Origin: a virus
Length of the DNA: 64,000 nt
Direction: 5' to 3' (one strand)
IMG/VR virus record: IMGVR_UViG_3300045988_154953
Shown: piece after piece, positions 9,877 to 19,456 of the stretch
How positions within the stretch are numbered: position 1 is the stretch's first letter
How the letters are laid out: every line of letters starts with the position of its first letter
Made by a program: the position numbers and the translations under genes
Notes under the pieces: model-generated
Database searches by the model: none
What the model saw: only the letters and a program-made list of their open reading frames with translations
Told to the model about the DNA's origin: nothing

Positions 9877-10242
9877 ATGGGAAAAGGAATGAGTTTGGAA
9901 GAGTTTAGAACGGCTTTGTCAAGCGATGCGACTATTGAAAATGAAAAATTAAAAGCCGAATTAAAAACACTAAAAGAAAAATCGGAAACTGAAATAGCAG
10001 AACTGAAAGAAAAAAGTGAACAGTATGAACAATGGTGCAAACAATTAGGAAGAAGATGTTTTGTTCAGACTTGCGGAACAATGTGTGTAAGTTGTGGCGT
10101 CGAATGTTGTGATTATGCATTAACATGGGAAGATTGGGAAGCAATTACAAAGTATATGCAGAAAAACAAATTGCCACGAACAACGGAAACATATGAAAAG
10201 GTAATAAAATTCATATGTGATAGAAGAAAAAACAAACATTAA
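9877..10242 (+). CDS. hypothetical protein (coiled-coil N-part, Cys-rich C-part)
   Basis: tiled + strand ORF; KLKAELKTLKEKSE repeats, then CGTMCVSCGVECC. Confidence 0.6.
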   Translation: MGKGMSLEEFRTALSSDATIENEKLKAELKTLKEKSETEIAELKEKSEQYEQWCKQLGRRCFVQTCGTMCVSCGVECCDYALTWEDWEAITKYMQKNKLPRTTETYEKVIKFICDRRKNKH

Positions 10243-10277
10243 AATTCGCATTTCAAAAGTAGATTGGAGGAAATTTT

Positions 10278-10595
10278 ATGGTACAAACAATAAAAATATC
10301 AAGCGAGGAAATGAATTTAATTAATGATTTACTCAATCTTACAGGAAATGAAATTTATCAGAAATATGGATATAAGAGAGATGAAACAATTACGCACACC
10401 GCAAAATTTCCAAACGGAATTGAAGCAGATATTAAGTTAGTACTTTGTGAAGAAGAAGCTCCATATACAGAAGGTGTATTATTCCATAATGGATTTGAAC
10501 TGACATGCACAGAACCAGATTGTATATATGACGGTGAATGGAACTTTGAACATAATGGAATTGAATACACTGTTCTCGTGGAAGTAGAAAATTGA
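10278..10595 (+). CDS. hypothetical protein
   Basis: tiled + strand ORF behind TTGGAGGA. Confidence 0.6.
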   Translation: MVQTIKISSEEMNLINDLLNLTGNEIYQKYGYKRDETITHTAKFPNGIEADIKLVLCEEEAPYTEGVLFHNGFELTCTEPDCIYDGEWNFEHNGIEYTVLVEVEN

Positions 10596-10666
10596 AGAAA
10601 CTAAGATTTCTTTGGAAGGAGTGAAGAGAAATAAATATATTTGGAATCAAAGAAGCAAACGAATAT

Positions 10667-10915
10667 ATGACAAAAATGAGAAGTGCGGTTGGTAGACATC
10701 TTAATGATCCAGATAGTATTTACTATGGAAAGGATGGTCATTTACGGCTTGCAAGGGAATGCGGATATGCCTTGAATGACTTCTGTGAAACAGGACAGAG
10801 AGAAATCTTATCCGGTAGTTATGGAATGATTTATGTAATAGGATGTAATCTCAAACCTATCCTTGATGCAAAAGAATGGATTAATGAAATGGAAAAAGGG
10901 AAAGTGAGGAAATAA
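10667..10915 (+). CDS. hypothetical protein
   Basis: tiled + strand ORF. Confidence 0.55.
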   Translation: MTKMRSAVGRHLNDPDSIYYGKDGHLRLARECGYALNDFCETGQREILSGSYGMIYVIGCNLKPILDAKEWINEMEKGKVRK

Positions 10916-10916
10916 T

Positions 10917-11228
10917 ATGAAAAATAATTATAAAATTATAACACTATGTGGTAGTACAAAATTCAAAGATGAATTTTTAAAAGTACAAAAAGAACTTACA
11001 TTAGCCGGAAATATTGTAATTAGCGTAGGATTGTTTGGACATTCCGGGGATACAGAAGTTTGGGCAGAAGGTACAAAAGAAATGCTCGATGATATGCATA
11101 AGAAAAAAATTGATATGGCAGATGAAATTTTCGTAATCAATGTCGATGGTTATATTGGAAATTCAACAAAATCTGAAATTAAGTATGCTGAAGCACATAA
11201 TAAAAAAGTGAATTATCTTGTACATTAA
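10917..11228 (+). CDS. nucleoside 2-deoxyribosyltransferase-like small Rossmann protein (tentative)
   Basis: KIITLCGSTKF...ADEIFVINVDGYIGNSTKSEIKYA resembles the short phage NDT/DUF4406-like pattern; from memory only. Confidence 0.4.
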   Translation: MKNNYKIITLCGSTKFKDEFLKVQKELTLAGNIVISVGLFGHSGDTEVWAEGTKEMLDDMHKKKIDMADEIFVINVDGYIGNSTKSEIKYAEAHNKKVNYLVH

Positions 11229-11278
11229 GATTAAGAAACGAAAATTTCTAATGGCGATTCAAATAGGAGTGATTTTAT

Positions 11279-11644
11279 ATGAGAAATAGTTATGAAAGAT
11301 TGAAGAGTATACAGACATCCTTGGCTGAATTATCAAATAGTCTTGAGGAACAGTATTGTAAGATGTATCAAGAATGTAGAGATGAAATTATTAATGATAG
11401 AAGAGAATATGAGACAAAGAAAAATGAAATGTATTCGCTTTATGAGAAAATTTCAGATAGTGATTCAATGAGGATGACATGGATTAAGAATAAATTGCCA
11501 TGGTATATTATAAAATTTTGTAAAATTACAAGTACAGAAATATCTTTAAGAGACACAAGTATTTTTATTGGTGTAAACTTCGGTAAATCGTGTATACCAC
11601 ATTGTTATATTGAAATTACACCGAAAGATATTGGGTGGAGATAA
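11279..11644 (+). CDS. hypothetical protein
   Basis: tiled + strand ORF behind TAGGAG. Confidence 0.6.
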   Translation: MRNSYERLKSIQTSLAELSNSLEEQYCKMYQECRDEIINDRREYETKKNEMYSLYEKISDSDSMRMTWIKNKLPWYIIKFCKITSTEISLRDTSIFIGVNFGKSCIPHCYIEITPKDIGWR

Positions 11645-11676
11645 CCGTGAAACGGAAAGTACCAGGAGAAAATAAT

Positions 11677-11898
11677 ATGCTGGAAAAGTTAATAGAACAT
11701 ACATATGGAACTCATATTTACTTGAAAATGAGATTAGACAATAAAAGAATAGAAGAAATAGATGTGTACTTACGAAACGATGGAGAGCATTATGTTACAA
11801 GTGCAGATCACGGAATAGAATTGTACAGTGGTGAAAATCTTAAACAGAGACAAAAGCTGCGACAGGAAATCATTGATGCTTTTAATGAATTGTATTAG
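11677..11898 (+). CDS. hypothetical protein
   Basis: ORF 11635..11898; ATG 11677 follows AGGAGA. Confidence 0.5.
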   Translation: MLEKLIEHTYGTHIYLKMRLDNKRIEEIDVYLRNDGEHYVTSADHGIELYSGENLKQRQKLRQEIIDAFNELY

Positions 11899-11917
11899 AT
11901 AGGATGGAGGGAACAAT

Positions 11918-12100
11918 ATGAAAATAAGAGATTTATTAGAAGTATTAAATACTGACAGCGTTGTTCTTGCAAGAGAAAATGCTATTCTTGTTGATTGTGA
12001 AACACCATATGTAAATCATGTACTTAGAGAATATATGGATGAAGAAATCGAGAGAATAACACCATTAAACAATGCAATAGAAATTATATTGAAAGAATAA
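11918..12100 (+). CDS. hypothetical protein
   Basis: tiled + strand ORF behind GGAGGGA. Confidence 0.5.
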   Translation: MKIRDLLEVLNTDSVVLARENAILVDCETPYVNHVLREYMDEEIERITPLNNAIEIILKE

Positions 12101-12166
12101 AATGGCGGTTTAGAAGGGAGGTGTAGTTAGATTACAGTTGGAGAATTTTGTTTAAAAAGAACTCAA

Positions 12167-12358
12167 GTGCTTGAATTATGCATTATTAGAAAAAATGGTT
12201 GGATTACTGGGGCAGTGTGGATTGATCATGAAGACTTATTCGCAATACATCCAGATTTAAGAGAAGCCGAAGTAAGATCAGATGAATGGGGCACAATTCC
12301 CATTGTTATGAAACACGGAGATACAATTGAAGTACCGTGTCATTATATTGATTGTTAG
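12167..12358 (+). CDS. hypothetical protein
   Basis: GTG start in ORF track. Frame is open upstream to 12131 and the GGGAGG RBS lies well upstream, so the start is uncertain. Confidence 0.4.
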   Translation: MLELCIIRKNGWITGAVWIDHEDLFAIHPDLREAEVRSDEWGTIPIVMKHGDTIEVPCHYIDC

Positions 12359-12371
12359 AAAGGAGATTGTA

Positions 12372-12563
12372 ATGAAAAGAACAATAGCGGAAATTAAAAA
12401 ATCAACGGAAGAATGGTTAGATGAACGATGGATGATTGCCAATATGGAAGATACAAGACCGCAGGATATGAGTTATTACCGGGGCGCTTTAAAGGCAGTT
12501 GAATTTTTAGGTTATGATTGGCAGCGTGATGAAGATGGAAAACATACATTATACAAGAGGTAA
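12372..12563 (+). CDS. hypothetical protein
   Basis: ORF 12327..12563; ATG 12372 follows AAGGAGA. Confidence 0.5.
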   Translation: MKRTIAEIKKSTEEWLDERWMIANMEDTRPQDMSYYRGALKAVEFLGYDWQRDEDGKHTLYKR

Positions 12564-12567
12564 CAAC

Positions 12568-12738
12568 ATGAAAAAGGAAACAATTATTGCAAGTTTTATT
12601 GAAGGAATTGCTTTGAATAGTGTAATGAAATCATTTGGGATTGAATTCTTTTCAAAGAATTGGATTATTATTTTCTTAGTAGTTGGAAGTATTTTAGCAA
12701 TAATCAACGTTACTGTTTTCGGAGAAGGAGATGAGTAA
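12568..12738 (+). CDS. small membrane protein
   Basis: ORF 12514..12738; ATG 12568 follows AGAGG; hydrophobic C-half. Confidence 0.5.
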   Translation: MKKETIIASFIEGIALNSVMKSFGIEFFSKNWIIIFLVVGSILAIINVTVFGEGDE

Positions 12739-12740
12739 AT

Positions 12741-13040
12741 ATGAGATATATAAGTTATTATAAAGAATATCCAATATATGAACCGGCAGAAGGTGGTTAT
12801 TATTATCCAGGTAATTGTCTAGTTTATTCCAAAAGGAAAAGTAAACGTCAATGTCGGAAAGATTTTGAAACCATCTGGAAAGAATGCTTGAAAGAAAACG
12901 AAAGTAATCCAGAACATCCATGGATCAGAGTATACGATAATTATATTTACAAAGATAGTGAATATGTTGGCAGAGGTAAGAGCTATGTAATTGAACGGAA
13001 GCAAGGGAGTATGAGATCTGGATGGGAACCATATTGTTAA
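12741..13040 (+). CDS. hypothetical protein
   Basis: tiled + strand ORF. Confidence 0.55.
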   Translation: MRYISYYKEYPIYEPAEGGYYYPGNCLVYSKRKSKRQCRKDFETIWKECLKENESNPEHPWIRVYDNYIYKDSEYVGRGKSYVIERKQGSMRSGWEPYC

Positions 13041-13078
13041 ATATAATGGAATTTCATTAGAATTGGAGGCAAGGAAAA

Positions 13079-13228
13079 ATGAATAGAATTGATGAAATTA
13101 TTTATAAAGAGACACAGAAGGCAGATTATGAAGAACACTGCGAACAGGAATTTGTTCATCAGGAACAGCCAAACGAAGATTATTTTGAAGGCTTAAATGA
13201 TTATTTTGATGGAACAATGAATATTTGA
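13079..13228 (+). CDS. small hypothetical protein (49 aa)
   Basis: ATG behind TTGGAGGCAAGG; below the ORF-track cut-off. Confidence 0.4.
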   Translation: MNRIDEIIYKETQKADYEEHCEQEFVHQEQPNEDYFEGLNDYFDGTMNI

Positions 13229-13252
13229 AATTAGTATTTACTTTGGAGATGG

Positions 13253-13762
13253 ATGAATATTATGAAATTTGCTGCAATAAAAGCTCAGATGGGTATATGG
13301 AAATATTATGTAACTGCACTAACATATGAGGACATTTCTAATTGTGTATCACCTATTACAAAAGAAATTAGCAACAGTGATAGTTATGCAAATTTACTTC
13401 AAAGATCGATAACAGATAATGTTGAAAATATTAAGGAATATATTTTGAAACAGCCAGAAAGATTTTTTAATTCAATTGTACTGGCAATATATAATGGAAG
13501 TCCGAAATGGTACGAATTAGATATAAACGTTGAAGAATACTCTACATATAGTGTAGGTGTACTTGAAATAACACCTGGGAAGGAGATCATCTTTCCAGTA
13601 GATGGACAGCTTCGAGTAGAAGGAATAAAGAAAGCAATTATTGAAAATCATGATTTGGCAAACGAAAAAATACCTGTAATATTAGTTGGACATCAGAATA
13701 CTTCAGAAGGAAAACAAAGAACTAGACGATTATTTTCAACATTGCATAGAAGATCCTTTTGA
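13253..13762 (+). pseudogene. DGQHR-domain (DndB/ParB-Srx fold) protein, truncated remnant
   Basis: FPVDGQLRVEGI in place of DGQHR; RRLFSTL motif is cut by TGA. A DEDDA-like continuation sits in another frame and ends at TAG by 13790. Confidence 0.5.
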
Positions 13763-13834
13763 CGAAGATGATGCTCTTGATTTTGAATAGCAATAAAACA
13801 ATAAAATGGTGATTAGAAAGGAGAGTAAATAATA

Positions 13835-13999
13835 ATGAGATTTTTAAATGGATTTGCGTGTTTGGCTGGTGGAATGCTTTTGAGAAAAGTGTTAAATGGA
13901 TTTGGAATTGATATTTGTTCTGTAAAAGGATTCTTGATCTGTTTAGTTGCAGCAATAGTATATATTGGGATTATTAATCTTATATTTAAAGAAAGATAA
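13835..13999 (+). CDS. small membrane protein (54 aa)
   Basis: ATG behind AAGGAGAG; two hydrophobic helices. Confidence 0.4.
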   Translation: MRFLNGFACLAGGMLLRKVLNGFGIDICSVKGFLICLVAAIVYIGIINLIFKER

Positions 14000-14029
14000 T
14001 TAAACGGAAAGCATCAGGAGGAAAATGAT

Positions 14030-14224
14030 ATGAAAGTATTTTATTTAGTACAAGAGAATTTCGGATGCGTTATCTATGCAGATAATGAAAACGATGCATT
14101 TGAAAAAATGAAATGTCAAAGGAAAGAATTAATAGAAACTTTAGGATTACCATTAGATATTACACAATGGGGAATTGAGGAATTTACACCGGACTTATAT
14201 GATGGTGTCTTATGTTTTTATTAG
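14030..14224 (+). CDS. hypothetical protein
   Basis: tiled + strand ORF behind CAGGAGGA. Confidence 0.5.
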   Translation: MKVFYLVQENFGCVIYADNENDAFEKMKCQRKELIETLGLPLDITQWGIEEFTPDLYDGVLCFY

Positions 14225-14302
14225 AATGAAATTATAGATGCTTTTAATGAATTGTATTAGATAAGATAAAAATGGTGTTTTAGAAAGAAAGGTATAGAAA
14301 TT

Positions 14303-14602
14303 ATGAAAATACATTGGATTGTAACAAAATCGAATAGTGATAACGCAGAGGTTGAATTCTATAGATTTTATGGCTCATCAGACGAAGTAAAAGAGAAATT
14401 GTTGTTAATGGCACAGAATAGTAACATGGTAAAATTCTCTGAAATTGACGATGATAATTATCCAGTATCAACAGACAGTGTGCAGTATGACATTGATACA
14501 AAAACTTATCTTATTGTAGTAACTGATTATTATGGTGAGACAGACGAAGTATATAGTGCGAAGGCAATAAATGATATTGACGAATTACCAGAAGAATTTT
14601 AA
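14303..14602 (+). CDS. hypothetical protein
   Basis: tiled + strand ORF. Confidence 0.55.
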   Translation: MKIHWIVTKSNSDNAEVEFYRFYGSSDEVKEKLLLMAQNSNMVKFSEIDDDNYPVSTDSVQYDIDTKTYLIVVTDYYGETDEVYSAKAINDIDELPEEF

Positions 14603-14646
14603 GACAATGAAACGGAAATTTCAAAATGGTAAAAGGAGTAAAAAAA

Positions 14647-14889
14647 ATGACATTTCAAGAAGCACATAAAAATGGTAAAGGTGGATTAGTAGCAAGAAGA
14701 GAGTTATCAGAAGAAATGCTAAAAATTCGATTATCCAATTACTTTTCAGACGAAGAGATAAAAGATATTATTTTAGCGTCATCATGTTGTGATTGTTGGA
14801 CAGATGGATGTATCGCAATTGTGCAAATTGATAGCGGAAAATTTATTGCAATTGCTGATGGAAATTATATGAAACTAATCGAACCTTAA
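14647..14889 (+). CDS. hypothetical protein
   Basis: ORF 14626..14889; ATG 14647 follows AAGGAG. Confidence 0.5.
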   Translation: MTFQEAHKNGKGGLVARRELSEEMLKIRLSNYFSDEEIKDIILASSCCDCWTDGCIAIVQIDSGKFIAIADGNYMKLIEP

Positions 14890-15064
14890 AACACAATGAA
14901 AAGTAAAAACTCAAGTCTGAAAGGAGATTGATGATATGGCAATAATTAAGGCAAAATATGGAGGATATGGACACAAAACAGTTAATCGAAAAATTAATCA
15001 GTCCTACAGTCAACAATTCGGCCATTGAATGACCAAAAGTTGCACGGATTAGAAAGGATGAATC

Positions 15065-15430
15065 ATGTTGTTGACTACATTACTTCAAATAGAGCCAATA
15101 CTAGCGAAACAATTGAATAAAGAAACTACTGAAGTTGTTTTAAATTTTTTGAAGAATTATAAGTGTGGTATGTATATTTATCCCGGTGTATTTAAGCGGA
15201 AATTCAATATTTCTATTGAAGAAATATACTCATTACTTAATGAGATGGAAAAAATAGGTGTATTACAAAGTTACTATGAACTTGTATGTAGTAAATGTCA
15301 GAAAGTAATGGAAACCGTACGTCTATTTAATGAGCTTCCAGATTCATTTGTATGTGAATTATGCGGAGAAGAACTTCCAACCTTATCAAATTCAGTTTTA
15401 ATATACAAAGTGATAGCAAAAGATCAATGA
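15065..15430 (+). CDS. hypothetical protein with C4 zinc ribbon
   Basis: CSKCQ...CELCG pair; AAAGGATG RBS. Confidence 0.55.
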   Translation: MLLTTLLQIEPILAKQLNKETTEVVLNFLKNYKCGMYIYPGVFKRKFNISIEEIYSLLNEMEKIGVLQSYYELVCSKCQKVMETVRLFNELPDSFVCELCGEELPTLSNSVLIYKVIAKDQ

Positions 15431-15487
15431 TGTACTATTAACGTCTTAGAATGCACATGGCAAAAATCGGAACAGAAAGGAAACGAT

Positions 15488-15919
15488 ATGGAATACGAAC
15501 TTATTAATCCAAGTGATCCATATACATTCATTGCAGAGGACTTTGAGACAGCTGCCCTTGTAGTATTGGCATTAAGCCCGGCGTACGGAGCAGTATCAAA
15601 GGATGGCAATCAGAAGGTACCTGTGTTTATCTTCTGCCCTTCAAATATGGTGGATGAATGGTACACTGAACAGTTTGGACGAACCGCAACTGAAGGGTTA
15701 GAAGCCAAAAAGCTTCCTCTTGCAGCTAGCCTAGAGTCTATGATGCTGGGCGGATTTGAAGACAGAAAGAGATATTCTGCTGCCCTTGAAGCTATTACGG
15801 ATGAGAAAAAAAAGCAGCGATTCATTGAACAGTGGCAGGACGGGCGCAGTAGTCTCAATGACATAGGCACCCGTGCACATAAAATTGCAGAATGGATAAG
15901 AACAAAGAAAGAAGCGTAA
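15488..15919 (+). CDS. hypothetical protein, compositionally foreign
   Basis: visibly more G+C-rich than its flanks; no family recognised. Confidence 0.6.
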   Translation: MEYELINPSDPYTFIAEDFETAALVVLALSPAYGAVSKDGNQKVPVFIFCPSNMVDEWYTEQFGRTATEGLEAKKLPLAASLESMMLGGFEDRKRYSAALEAITDEKKKQRFIEQWQDGRSSLNDIGTRAHKIAEWIRTKKEA

Positions 15920-16145
15920 AGCAGATTAACGTAAATCTTGAAATTGGATTGAAAGGAAACACTGGAATGATTGATATATTGGAAGCAGCGCGCTATTTGG
16001 TGCAGCCATTGGTTGTACTCAATTATATATGTATGATATCAAAAAGGATTATAAAGAGTGTTTAAAGGATGATATTGTATTGCAACTTGTAAAACATAAA
16101 TAAAATGATCAAATGAAAAGCATATCTTAAAAGGATGGTGAGTAA

Positions 16146-16286
16146 ATGAAAATTTGTTATATATGTGGAAGAAAATCTGTTATACAAGAATTTGTATGGA
16201 AAAATGATAAATGTATATTAGTAGAGAGATGTTGCAATCCATATTGTAAAACATATAATCCATATCTTATGTGGAGATGGAAATAA
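16146..16286 (+). CDS. small Cys-rich protein (46 aa)
   Basis: ATG behind GGATGGTGAG; CYIC...CCNPYC. Confidence 0.35.
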   Translation: MKICYICGRKSVIQEFVWKNDKCILVERCCNPYCKTYNPYLMWRWK

Positions 16287-16323
16287 AAGTGCGATGAAAA
16301 CCGCATTTGATTGGAGGAAAAAT

Positions 16324-16467
16324 ATGAAAAAGTGGTTAAACAAACAAGTAAGCGCATTTGTACTTGGTTTTCTTGACAACTTAAAGGAGCATAGATCAAC
16401 ACCAGACAATGTGCTTGATGCATTAAATATAGTAACTGAATTTATTGTAAATAAATATTGGAGATAA
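16324..16467 (+). CDS. small hypothetical protein (47 aa)
   Basis: ATG behind TTGGAGGA. Confidence 0.4.
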   Translation: MKKWLNKQVSAFVLGFLDNLKEHRSTPDNVLDALNIVTEFIVNKYWR

Positions 16468-16545
16468 AGTAAATGAAGATGGACAAGAATATGCAACAGT
16501 CGATTTATGTTGTGAAATTCCTATTCAGTGTCTTGAGGTGATTTA

Positions 16546-16776
16546 ATGAGTAGAAGAGAAATTTATGTATGTGATTGCTGCGGAAAAGAAATTCCAGTTG
16601 TTAAGAGAAAAGACATTTTTGGAGTAGAAAGAGAATATTTACAGAGTGGACATTTAGAAGCGTTATATTCTGTTGGAAAGAATTTATCAATGCTTGGAGT
16701 TGATTTTTGTAAGGATTGTGCTCACAAAATTGATATAGAAATTATGGAATGGAAAATGAGTGTACTTAGTAAATGA
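16546..16776 (+). CDS. zinc-ribbon protein
   Basis: CDCCG...CKDC; GAGGTG RBS. Confidence 0.55.
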   Translation: MSRREIYVCDCCGKEIPVVKRKDIFGVEREYLQSGHLEALYSVGKNLSMLGVDFCKDCAHKIDIEIMEWKMSVLSK

Positions 16777-16800
16777 GTATATTTCAATGAGGTAGGAATC

Positions 16801-17193
16801 ATGTTAGAAATGAAGAATGGATTTATAGTAACAGATAATGATTGTATGCAGTGTCGGAAAGATTTAGGAGAAAGAAAGTTTCTATTTATTCAAGCAATTC
16901 TTATGGACGGAGATAATAAATATTGTGTAGTAGCCAATGCGGAAGATTTAAAAGAAATGTCATTGAATGATATTGAAATGGCAATTTATGGTTATTACGA
17001 TAGTATAAAAGCAATGGAAGAATCTTACAAGTTGCCACTTGGTCAGTTAGATGATCTTGTTGCAGAATGTTCCTTTGAAAATCATCCATATTATGATTGT
17101 GAGTATAAAAGCGAAATTGTAACATTGGAAAGAGCAGAAGAAATTATTCAGAAGTTTATTGATACAAACGGAGAAGTATTCGAAGAAAAGTAA
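16801..17193 (+). CDS. hypothetical protein
   Basis: tiled + strand ORF behind GAGGTAGG. Confidence 0.6.
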   Translation: MLEMKNGFIVTDNDCMQCRKDLGERKFLFIQAILMDGDNKYCVVANAEDLKEMSLNDIEMAIYGYYDSIKAMEESYKLPLGQLDDLVAECSFENHPYYDCEYKSEIVTLERAEEIIQKFIDTNGEVFEEK

Positions 17194-17207
17194 TGAGAGT
17201 GTAAAGC

Positions 17208-17396
17208 ATGGATAAAATTCAAGAACAGAAAAATGCAGAATGGAGAAGAAAAGCAAGTAAGCAATTAACACCAAATAGAGTTATAAGAAGATGGAAAAAT
17301 GAGTATGCTTGTTGTCCGGTGTGTAGAAGAGGAGTTGTAAGAGAAGATAATTTTTGTTGTAATTGTGGTCAAGCACTGGACTGGTCGTTTGATTAA
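17208..17396 (+). CDS. zinc-ribbon protein
   Basis: CCPVCRRG...CCNCGQ. Confidence 0.5.
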   Translation: MDKIQEQKNAEWRRKASKQLTPNRVIRRWKNEYACCPVCRRGVVREDNFCCNCGQALDWSFD

Positions 17397-17433
17397 AACA
17401 GATAAAAAACGCATTTAATAAGGAGATTATAAA

Positions 17434-17601
17434 ATGAGAAGAAAAAGTATTCTTATAGATATCCCAGTCATAGCATATCAAACCTGGTGCATTTCATGGA
17501 TATATCCAGATGAAGATGAATTTGCTGACAATATGGATTCAGCTTTTGATGATATTAAGAAAAGATATCCATATGATGAAACAAATAAACATATTAAATA
17601 A
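17434..17601 (+). CDS. small hypothetical protein (55 aa)
   Basis: ATG behind AAGGAGA. Confidence 0.4.
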   Translation: MRRKSILIDIPVIAYQTWCISWIYPDEDEFADNMDSAFDDIKKRYPYDETNKHIK

Positions 17602-17668
17602 ATACAATGGAAGAAATTTAAAAAATATCCAGATGAAAGCCTCGTTTCAAAGGAGGGATAATACTTAG

Positions 17669-17887
17669 ATGAATGTAGCAACGTATGAGACAACACCAGA
17701 GGTACATAAGAAAGGTACATTCTTCTTTACAGATTGTGGCCATGAGATGTATTCAATCAGAGGTGATATGGCTTATCATGGTTGTTTATGTCCTGGCTGC
17801 TTCTCAAAAGGAAAAGAGACAGTATTATATATTCGTGGGTCAAAAGAAGCTAACGAATATTGGAATAAAAATAAATATAATCATTAA
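17669..17887 (+). CDS. zinc-ribbon protein
   Basis: AAGGAGGG RBS; CGHE...CLCPGC; preferred over the overlapping ORF 17685..17900. Confidence 0.55.
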   Translation: MNVATYETTPEVHKKGTFFFTDCGHEMYSIRGDMAYHGCLCPGCFSKGKETVLYIRGSKEANEYWNKNKYNH

Positions 17888-18047
17888 AGGAGTTATATAA
17901 AAATGTGTAGTACATTAAAGTAAGTTATGCAATATTAATTTATTACTTGATTATTTTAGATAATATAATACGGAGATGAAAACCTTAATTTAGAAACATG
18001 AGGAAAACTATAAGAATATAAAGACAATAGAAATGAGGTGAAAAATT

Positions 18048-18263
18048 ATGAAGAATAGAAAGAAACAAAAAATTAGGATTTACAATACTAGAGAGGCCAG
18101 GACTGTAGCGGAGAGAAATGGTTGGTATTTAGCTCGTACAGCCGGTGATCATTACATCTACAAACATCCAAATAACAGCAAAATTCTTACCATTTCTCAT
18201 GGATTAAATCGGATTGTATGGCAACGTGTAGTAAGAGAATATAATTTAGATTTGAGTAAGTAA
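18048..18263 (+). CDS. hicA: HicA-like mRNA interferase toxin
   Basis: 71 aa; ERNGWYLARTAGDHYIYKHPNNSKILTISHG matches the HicA (YcfA) GSH-H..H pattern with G-D-H. Confidence 0.55.
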   Translation: MKNRKKQKIRIYNTREARTVAERNGWYLARTAGDHYIYKHPNNSKILTISHGLNRIVWQRVVREYNLDLSK

Positions 18264-18376
18264 ATACATATTAATTTGTACATTGAAAACTAAACATGGG
18301 CATTTTATAGGACAGCTAAAGTGATATAATATAACCATAAACAAAGAAAACGTGAAGAAACACAGGAGGTAGAATT

Positions 18377-19000
18377 ATGTTAGCAGCATTACTTTTTGGA
18401 GCAGCGATTGTAGTTAGTGGAGTTTGTGCATTTAAAGATGATGTAAGTACAAAAGCCAGTTCGAGGAGAATTGATGAAAAAGGGAATGTTCATTATTATG
18501 ATCGAAAAGGTCAAGATTACATTAACGGCGAAAAGGTTATTGATACATGGTTTTATGACAAAGATCATAACTTTCATCCTGTAAAAAAAGGCGCTAACAC
18601 AGGTAAGATTTATCAGGACAAGTATCAGGATAATATGGACAGACTTGCTAGGGAGAGCTTAGAGAATAAAAAGAGAGCTATAAAAGGGGGATATTTGGGA
18701 TATGTAAAATATATTCCACAAACAAAATGTTGGGGATTTGCAGAAGTGTCTACAGATAAGATCATTGCATGTTTATTCGGAGTTGGCAAGGTATATAGAA
18801 AGTTTTATTGGAGTGGAATAGGTACATGTGAGGCTGATATTGTCCATTTTGCTAAAGGTGACTATGGTGTTCCGATAAGCAAAGAAGAGTATGAAAATTT
18901 GAAGAAAAATTTCGGAGATACGTATACAGCTTCTTGGCCATTTTCTGATGATGAAGTTTCAGACTATTATATGTGTTATGATCATGAAGCAGATAAGTAA
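18377..19000 (+). CDS. membrane-anchored hypothetical protein
   Basis: N-terminal hydrophobic helix; AGGAGG RBS. Confidence 0.65.
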   Translation: MLAALLFGAAIVVSGVCAFKDDVSTKASSRRIDEKGNVHYYDRKGQDYINGEKVIDTWFYDKDHNFHPVKKGANTGKIYQDKYQDNMDRLARESLENKKRAIKGGYLGYVKYIPQTKCWGFAEVSTDKIIACLFGVGKVYRKFYWSGIGTCEADIVHFAKGDYGVPISKEEYENLKKNFGDTYTASWPFSDDEVSDYYMCYDHEADK

Positions 19001-19110
19001 ATAACTATGACGTTGGAAATGGAAACTGGTTTAAGCGAAAGAATGTAAATAGTTTTGAATATGCATTAAAAGAATTAGAGTGAAAATAATTAGATAAATG
19101 AGGCGATAAT

Positions 19111-19410
19111 ATGACATATACAATAGAATTTAATTCAACTCAACTTACGATGGATATCTGCAAGAAAGCAGATGATATTATATCGTCTGGTATGATTGAA
19201 GAAGTATTACCGGGCCTTGTCTCGTTTCATGATTTAGATGAAGGGGATGTAGAAGAGGCAATGCGCTTTATTCTGAAGCGTTTCAAAAATCCGGTATGTG
19301 ATATTGCAAGAGAACAGTATAAGGGGTGCTTTTGTTCTCTTGAATATATTCAATTTGGAATTAAAAATATCGAGCAATTAAGTAAGATATTTAAACCAGA
19401 GATTTTATAG
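19111..19410 (+). CDS. hypothetical protein
   Basis: tiled + strand ORF. Confidence 0.55.
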   Translation: MTYTIEFNSTQLTMDICKKADDIISSGMIEEVLPGLVSFHDLDEGDVEEAMRFILKRFKNPVCDIAREQYKGCFCSLEYIQFGIKNIEQLSKIFKPEIL

Positions 19411-19456
19411 GGCGTAACGATAAATCAAAAGTTTCATAGAAAATGGGATGAAATAA

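Noticed and set aside
17685-17900. Alternative-frame + strand ORFs overlapping better genes (17685..17900, 22087..22293, 23238..23420, 31751..31999, 37656..37847, 36524..36706, 12514 and 12327 N-extensions)
   Set aside because: They overlap ORFs that have RBSs or motifs, lack their own RBS, and have odd composition. 31751..31999 is just another frame of the 23-bp repeats.
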